Assembly: GCA_001662655.1 (NCBI GenBank)
Contig: KV460209.1
DNA from: Pseudogymnoascus verrucosus
Taxonomy: Eukaryota
DNA: 64,000 nucleotides
Reading direction: 5' to 3' (one strand)
How positions within the stretch are numbered: the stretch's first letter is position 1; every line of letters starts with the position of its first letter. The notes under the pieces are model-generated. The model ran no database searches. It was not told the origin of the DNA and saw only the letters and a list, made by a program, of their open reading frames with translations. Below, piece by piece: positions 56,901 through 64,000 of the stretch. The position numbers and the translations under genes are program-made.

Positions 56901-58726
56901 AAGCCTCTAGCAAGCCCCCCAAATGGATTGGAAGCCTGTTCCCCAACCCCACCTAAGCCATGAGGACGAGCTTGGTGCATGGGGTTGCTTCCAATACTGG
57001 CCTCGTCCTCTTCGCGCTGGGCCCGCTCATCCGGTGGGCTGGCGTAAGGGTTGGTTTCCGTCGGGCTTTCCAACCCACGATGCCCTCCAAGGCGTTCATG
57101 GGGAGTGTGGATTCCATGGCCATGCATCCCATCCCGGAACCCTGGGGCATCCGACATCCCAAGGTCGCCTGAAGCCTGGCGACTAGGAGTATCAAGTCCA
57201 GGGGCCCGACGGTTTTGGCTTAACGGAGGGCTGATATCCTGGCCTCCCAGAGCCGCACTTCCCGGTCTGATCGATTCATCATCAAATGGATCGGTATCAG
57301 TACGAGCTCTTGCCCTCCACGACTTAGCGGCATCAGATCGAAGGCTCTCGCCTTTAGACGATAGCTCCTCGGAGCTTTCCTTCGGCATCAGGTGGGCAAG
57401 TCTACTCTCGCCTCTCCCAAACGCCGGGCGCTTCTCGCCAGGAGTCGCTGGAGGGTTCGAACCGGACGGAAGCGCAAAGCTTCCAAAGCTTCCCATAGTA
57501 GACATATTGGCACCGGAAGTTGGAGCTCCCCACGGGGAAGCAGGCCCATTGCCAAGGCCGCTTCCAGCAGTGTTGCTGCGGGACACTCCACCAAACGGAA
57601 GAGACGTCTGGCCGTGCTTCACTCCGTCATCACGATCGTCTGCCTGGAACGAATCTTTATCACCCGCCTTCCGGTTGAAAAATGGCGATGGTTCGTCTCG
57701 GTTAAATCTGCTCATGGTTGCGGGTGACGTGAGCGAGATGTAGCCAACAGATTCGCCGGTCTCCCTACGTCGAGTTCCGGGTCGACCAGGCGTAGGGGGT
57801 GTAACTCCGAAAGGCCCAGCTGCTCCTCCCTGACCGTGAGAGACGGATGTTTTCCGTCCGTTCGTAGCTCCCCCAGGTGTCCCTTGCTCCTTGGTATTCT
57901 GCGAAAGTGGCTTAAGTGGCGAGTTGACGTCGTTGGTGAAAATCTAGAAAATCGTCAGATGGAGGTCTACACACATCCATCGCCGGTACTTACAGATCTT
58001 TCCACGTCCGACATATCTTGAAGGCCAATAGGTTGCACCTCGCCACTTTGATCCCAACAGATTTCGGGTCCGTGATTATGGTCCCTAGTATCGTTCGACT
58101 TCCCCCAACCTCTTGCACCCGAGCTATTCTGCTGTTCGGGATTCCAGTTATTCACAAATAATCTCGCGACGTCGTCGTTAGAACTAACCGAAGACTGGTG
58201 CGCTTTGTAGATATCAAGAATCGCGTCTTTCGAATATCGCGTGTCAACTGGCGCTTCGCTTCCTGGGTTGTTGGTATATTGAGTGAAGAATGAATCCGAC
58301 GCTGATGATGTGGTTGATTGCTCGACTTGCGGCACAGCTTGTCCGGGGACAGCGTTAGGGTTCGTAGAGGATCGACGGAGCGTCAAAGTGCCGTTTGAGG
58401 ATCGAGCTTCCTTCCTGGCCCTAATACAAAAGTCAGTTACACCCTGCAAGGGTCTTCACCAACGCGGCGCATAGATGGGGAGTGTATTAATGAGCAGTGC
58501 CAGTATCGCATGTGATATATAGCCAGTAGAGTAGTGCAATAGTTGCGCTCCAAATGCTAATAACAATCTCCCGCATCCATCGAGATCGCTCGCGTGAGGG
58601 GCAAAGATCGCGTATAACGTACCAGTCGCCGCCTCCTCGCGGTTCGTTTCTGCCACTTGGTCGTGTGTCGCGGGATGATTGACCTGCCGCAGCAGATGCG
58701 AAGCTCGAGGGCAAATGTGAAGGCAT
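53910..58726 (-). CDS. GYF-domain protein (Smy2/Syh1/Mpd2, GIGYF family); exons 58726-58623, 58420-57994, 57943-54274, 54220-53910
   Basis: GYF domain WVYLDPQGQTQGPWSGLEMHDWYKASFF, SLKEIQEAEA, KTLADIQREEE, C-terminal DGRRFADEFLRR and KKKGRK. Three GT-AG introns. Confidence 0.88.
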
Positions 58727-59997
58727 TGCTGGTTGTTTGGGATATGGTACGAGAGCTATTGCTGAAGTACCAAAGGTGGTGACGGTATCGTCTTTAAGAT
58801 GTAAAAGTGTAGGATATGCGCTGTTAAAAACACAAAAACAAGGAGGCCTTTCGTAGTAGGAAGATTGAGATTGGGAGTCTCTGAAGACGGTGGAGAAATT
58901 GTTGTTGGGGATCGATTAAGTTGTTTGATTGTCAATGCTGTGCTGCTGTGCTCCAAGTATATGCTGATGTTCAAAATGAAGGCGAAGAAAGTGTGTATTG
59001 GTGGTAGAAAAGAAGCGCTAAATGGGCTTAGCGCGATCTGGCGCATCCGGAGGTTGGTAGGTTGGTGGTCAGGAACGCGGCGTCGGGAGACGAGTCGACG
59101 CCAATCCGTTTTTGGCGAAATGTCAGATGCATAAAGAGAGGGAGGAGGCGAATAGTTTGTGACTGTTGGTTTCTACCGATTTGTCGATGGATCTGGATCA
59201 ACAAAGTTACATCATACAGTTACAATAACCATATATACGCAATATACATTTTATTTATTCTATATCTACGATATGGATGGTTCCGTTCGTATGGAACGGA
59301 ACGTGTTGATTCACCGACAACAACTGAGTTGGCCACACATGTAGGTCGCCATATACTCCGTCCCATTATGTTCCCTCTCCGCTCGCCTTCTTGCAGGCTG
59401 ATCCCGTCGTCCAATTTAACCCCCAAAAATTGGCCGACTTCTCTTGAAATCTCCGTTTTCTCTGTCGGCACATGCGCTGGATACTATTGTCCTCCATGTT
59501 GCCATTTCTCTGGCAGCAGATTCTTTCATTTCCTCATCACATTGACAGGTGGCGGGACCTTGGCAGCTGCGCCTGGAGTGGTACAGAGAGGCATATTTCA
59601 TTTTCATGTATTTGGTTTGCTCCCTCGGGGATCATGTCGGCTTACTGCCACGATGCCCCATGGACCGAAAGCGCACTATTGTTTGGTTGTGTATATTTGG
59701 TGAGACGGAGCAAAGATCAGCTGCTTGTGATTGCTCCGATACTGTTCGGTTCTATATATTATTTTGATCTCTTTCCCCCAGGCAAACGCTCTTCTTTCTC
59801 TTCCTAAATCCCAAAAGGCGCGAATGCGAGGGAGTCGATTTCGTCGTATCTTTCCTGTTGGCAATATTGAGGCCGTTTAGGATTCGAGATTTACTCCTGA
59901 AGCCCTGAGCTCTTTCTCGAACGCCTCATTTATTGGGCCACACCTGAGTTGCATATGCTGTGCGATCATACTCACTCTGCAGCTGCATATCCGAAAA

Positions 59998-60924
59998 ATG
60001 GTCGACTATAGACGATATTTGGACTGTACGGTATCCCGACCTGAATCAGACTCTACCTACTAATCCAAAATAGACCCTGGTGGTAGAATCGTATACGACA
60101 TGATGGCCAACAGAAGCCCGGGGTGGCGAGATAGACATTTACGTGCAGAGATTCTTCCTCCGGGATGGAAGATGGGAATATCTAGGCTTGGCCGCACCCC
60201 ATTCTACGATCCGCTCATTGTTCAAGAGCCAGTCGAGCGCCTACCCATCCTCCCAAGGCGAACTATTAGCCCACGATACCAAGCTACAGATCCATGTTAC
60301 GATGACCTCGATCAACTGAATCCACGGCTCTATCCAGAGCATGCCGACCTTGTCCAGCGCCAAGGGCCTGGTTCTGCCGGAGGTTACAACGGCCGATTTG
60401 ACGACCGTGTCAGAGATGAGATTTACCTAGATTCAGATGATGACTATCCACCGCCCAGAACTGGCCGGGTACGGAGACCTCTACCTGAGAGGGTGCACGA
60501 AGATATCGTGGCTGGGCCACGATTAACCTCTCACGATTTGGACGTTGTACATCATAATCCCCATCTTCAACATATGCGAGATGAATTGAGGCAACAATCG
60601 CTGAGGCCAATCCTCCATGACCGCCCTCACCACTTTCATGGACACCATCATAGCCACCGTCCGCCCCACCACCACCCCCGCGGTCGTCGACGCGTTCACT
60701 TCGCAGATGACTTGGACGACGACCTTGACTGGAGGAACCCCTTCGAACGACGCAGGATGCCATATCGCTTCATCGAAGAAGAACTGGACTTTCCCTACGA
60801 CGAGATATTTTACTCGGATGATGAGATCGATCTACATCGTAGATACGCTGCCCATGAGAGGCTGCTCATGGCACCGAGGGAGAGAGGGTCAAGGGAGCGC
60901 TGGTGGGAATTAGATGACGATTAG
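59998..60924 (+). CDS. Hypothetical Arg/Asp/His-rich protein (~292 aa); intron 60026-60073
   Basis: ATG 59998 (aaaATGg) spliced via GTACGG..CTAAT..TAG is in frame with ORF 60100..60924. Confidence 0.65.
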
Positions 60925-61786
60925 AGCCCTCATATGTCAGCGAAGGGATGGTTTACTGTTCTGCTACATCTGCATAATGACGAGGGAGAGGAGCGATTGC
61001 TTTCATTGTATCTGAATCGTCTGCATGCCCACTTATGATGTTCTTGGCTAGTTTGTTGCATATATTCTATAGAATGGCATTATGCAAGAGTATCTCGCCA
61101 GTTGTCAGACCACAGACTGATGCATCACATTCACCACCAAAGTAGTCATACAATACCACTTCTCGGCTTTCGAGGCTCCATCTCTCCCGTGTCCATGCCG
61201 GATATCCGTCACAAGCCCACTCTCACGTAGGCCAAGTGGCTGCCAACGCGCCTAATTGCCGTATAGGGCCCAACCAACACGGCGGCAAAAGGGCACTAGA
61301 TATTGGCTTTTAGAATGACGGTCCAGGGCCAGGTGATGCGTGTAATAACAATAGAAACAGCTCAGCCTCTCGGGTCAAGCCGATTCATAGTAGTGGCGTA
61401 GGAGGAGTCGTAGTTCGTATATGGGTGCACACGAAGTGAATGTGTGGCTGAAGACACGCTATTATGAAATTCGAGGCTGTGCAGTCCGAGCTCCCCACCA
61501 CCAACAACAGAATCATTGGGCTGTGGCTCACCCCTGCTCCCCCACGACAATCCTTAACCCCTCCAGGTAGATTCACTCGCGGGGCGGGAGGCCCCTCCAC
61601 ATGAAGCCCTGGTGCGTAAGCAATCTCAGCCCTCTGAGGTAAGTATATCTCTCATCCTTCATCTCCCGTTCACTCACACCTATAAATCATCCTCCTCCCC
61701 ATCCTCATCATCGCCTCCATCAAGCAAACTCCATCCAAACCACAACCTACGTCTCCCTTCCTCAACCTACCGACCTAAGCAACAAA

Positions 61787-62398
61787 ATGTCAAGCAACGA
61801 CTACTACGGAGGCGGCGGCGGCGGCTACAACCAGCAACAGAACTACGGCGCTCCTCCCCAGGGACAAGGCGGCTATCCTCCACAGCAACAACAATACCCT
61901 CCCCAGCAACAAGGAGGCTACCCCCCTCAACACCAAGACCAATACGGCCAACAGCAACAACAAGGCTACAACCAGCACGGCGGCGCACCCCAAGGCTACC
62001 CTCCCCAGGGCCAGTACCCGCCCCAGCACCAAGGCGGCTACGACAACCGCGGCGACCCAAACTCCCAGCAACAACACGGTTACCAGCAACAGGGCGGCTA
62101 CCCGCCTCAGGGACACCAGCAGCAGGGCCAGTACGGCGCTCCTGGTCAAGCCTATCCGGGTGGCGGACAGGAGGGTGACAGAGGTCTGGGAGCTACGCTG
62201 ATCGGCAGTGCCGGAGGTGGATTCTTGGGACACCAGATGGGTGGAGGTATGCTCGGAACGGTTCTCGGTGGAGTTGCGGGAGCAGTTGGAGCGAATGTCC
62301 TGGAGGGCAAGCACAAGAAGAAGAAGAAGGAGAAGAAGGACAAGAAGCACAGGAAGAGGGGTGGGTCGAGCAGCAGCTCCAGCTCGGACTCCGACTAA
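61787..62398 (+). CDS. Q/G/Y/P-rich low-complexity protein with glycine-zipper segment (203 aa)
   Basis: Repeated QQGGYPPQ units, DRGLGATLIGSAGGGFLGHQMGGG..GGVAGAVGA, Lys- and Ser-rich tail. TATAAA at 61681. Confidence 0.8.
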   Translation: MSSNDYYGGGGGGYNQQQNYGAPPQGQGGYPPQQQQYPPQQQGGYPPQHQDQYGQQQQQGYNQHGGAPQGYPPQGQYPPQHQGGYDNRGDPNSQQQHGYQQQGGYPPQGHQQQGQYGAPGQAYPGGGQEGDRGLGATLIGSAGGGFLGHQMGGGMLGTVLGGVAGAVGANVLEGKHKKKKKEKKDKKHRKRGGSSSSSSSDSD

Positions 62399-63186
62399 AT
62401 GTTGGGGGTGTCGCGAGATACTCCCAGGGGATGGGATCGGTTTAGTTAAGGGTATGAGGGGTGGATTTCTGTTGGCGCACTAAGGTGGTTGAGTGCTACG
62501 AACTGTTATGCTTGGCCTATGGCACTTTTGATGTTTTTTATGAATGGGCTTTTTCTAGCTGGCTGTATCTATTCGTTGAGTGCGAGCGGAGATTTCTAAT
62601 GCAGGACAATAGAGATAGCTTAGAGTGAAAGCTACAGCTGCCTCAGCTTTCTTTTGAACAATTGACGAAGAGCGTTTAGGGTTGTCCATAGCTCTATTTA
62701 TTAAATTACCCGCAAGTTCCTGTCAATACATGCGTTTATTCTAAGTGAACCGTCTACCCCGGTGCTAAAAGTCAATAGATCAGCGCCACAAAATTACTAT
62801 CAATGTAGGTGTCCTGCATGCTAAGAAAATGCCAATATTTTATCCTACGGATGACGCACAAAGCCCCTCACAAACACATAGCTCTTGGCGTGGGTTTATC
62901 TTCGCAGAATGAGAGTCCTAACTATTCGCATCCGTACATGCATAGGCTATATAGGGCAGGCGGGGCATGGCTGGCATCCTGGCACCATGATTTGCGGTAA
63001 TTTATTCCTCCGATTTATCATCTTCTTACGGCTTCATATTATACATCCGTTGATCGGCCTGCACGGTAGGGACCTTGTTGTTTATATATATGTGCATCTT
63101 CTCATCTTATTTAATATCTGCAGCATGTTCTTCGATTTTTTTTGTCGCCCTCCCATCGTATCTATCGCCCAAAGGCACTGTTTGCG

Positions 63187-64000
63187 ATGCTCAACCATAT
63201 GTATGAAATCACGAGCGACTTGACGGATAATCGACCCCGCCAAAGACTCAAGGATCCTGATGAGAAACCTAAGTTTGAGAACCTCGGCTCTGTGAACGGC
63301 TCAACCACAGCCCGAGATACCCAAACTGGTTCATGCAAAAGCAGAGGCGCCGTCCTACTCGCTTGGGCGGATATCGAGCCATGGCGACAATACAACCGCT
63401 TTATTATTCGCAGCTACAGGCCCGCAAGCAACTCCTATCTGAAGTCTATTAGCAGTCTTGGGTACATCCATGACCAGACCGTTAACATCTATAGCCATCT
63501 GCTAGGTGCCGTGGGGTTTGTAGCTGCCGGCTGTGTGCTCTATTCTATAATTTCCCCTCGGTATCATTCCGCAACATGGGTGGACGTTGCGGTATTCGGC
63601 GCCTTCGCCATGGGCCTATTCATGTGCCTAACATTATCCGCTGCATTCCACACATTCAATAATCATTCAAGTATCGTGTATGATTACTTCTTCATGCTCG
63701 ACATGCTCGGCATCAGTTTCCTCATAATGGGCTCCTTCTACCCCAGCATCTACTACTCCTTCTACTGCGAGCCAGGACCGAGGTATTTGTATTGGGCCAT
63801 GGTACGCTACGCTCTGCTCTCACAACAGCTCCCCCATAGAAGAAAAAACGCCCTTTTACTCACAGTTTCTGACAGATCACGGTGTTCGGATCGGGGGTTA
63901 TCATTGCTAGTATCACCCCGAAGTTCAGACACAGGTCCTGGCGGCACCTGAGGACTGCTTTGTTCCTGGCAATGGGGCTGACGGGTATTGTGCCTATGAC
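63187..64000 (+). CDS. PAQR/HlyIII (Izh-like) membrane protein, 5' part; intron 63802-63875; start uncertain; runs off the window
   Basis: PWRQYNRFIIRSYRP, TVNIYSHLLG, SAAFHTFNNH, LDMLGIS and SFYC. After splicing, PKFRHRSWRHLRTALFLAMG. Confidence 0.85.

Noticed and set aside
59062..59807. 213-aa and 111-aa ORFs upstream of the orphan gene
   Set aside because: Non-ATG starts, atypical composition and no motifs. Probably promoter or UTR sequence.

Overview
Eukaryotic, intron-containing, gene-dense DNA from a filamentous ascomycete. A Leotiomycete such as Pseudogymnoascus is my guess from protein style and is not proven. I support 18 protein-coding genes plus one weak orphan ORF, and one intron-containing tRNA-Tyr(GUA). 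The centrepiece is a divergent siderophore pair: L-ornithine N5-monooxygenase sidA (8025-10266, minus) and a ~4,700-aa ferrichrome-family NRPS (15745-29940, plus). They are separated by a 5.5-kb, strongly strand-skewed spacer with clustered SreA-type GATA sites, a perfect 24-bp long-range inverted repeat, phased repeats and probable 5'UTR introns. The NRPS reads A-T-C-dA-T-C-T-C-A-T-C-T-C-T-C, with an internally deleted, apparently dead second A domain. SidA carries a ~165-aa acidic low-complexity insertion. Other genes: TAO3 (3' part), a 140-aa 12-Cys secreted protein missed by the ORF track, S1/P1 nuclease, CENP-L/Fta1, RPO41, a short ATP25, Rad26/ATRIP, CDS1, POT1, a SLC26 transporter, AP-2 beta, EMC4, an MDR oxidoreductase, a GYF protein, an orphan, a Q/G/Y-rich glycine-zipper protein and a PAQR protein (5' part). 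No CRISPR array, rRNA or intact transposon was seen. All protein calls are by motif recognition; no database search was run.
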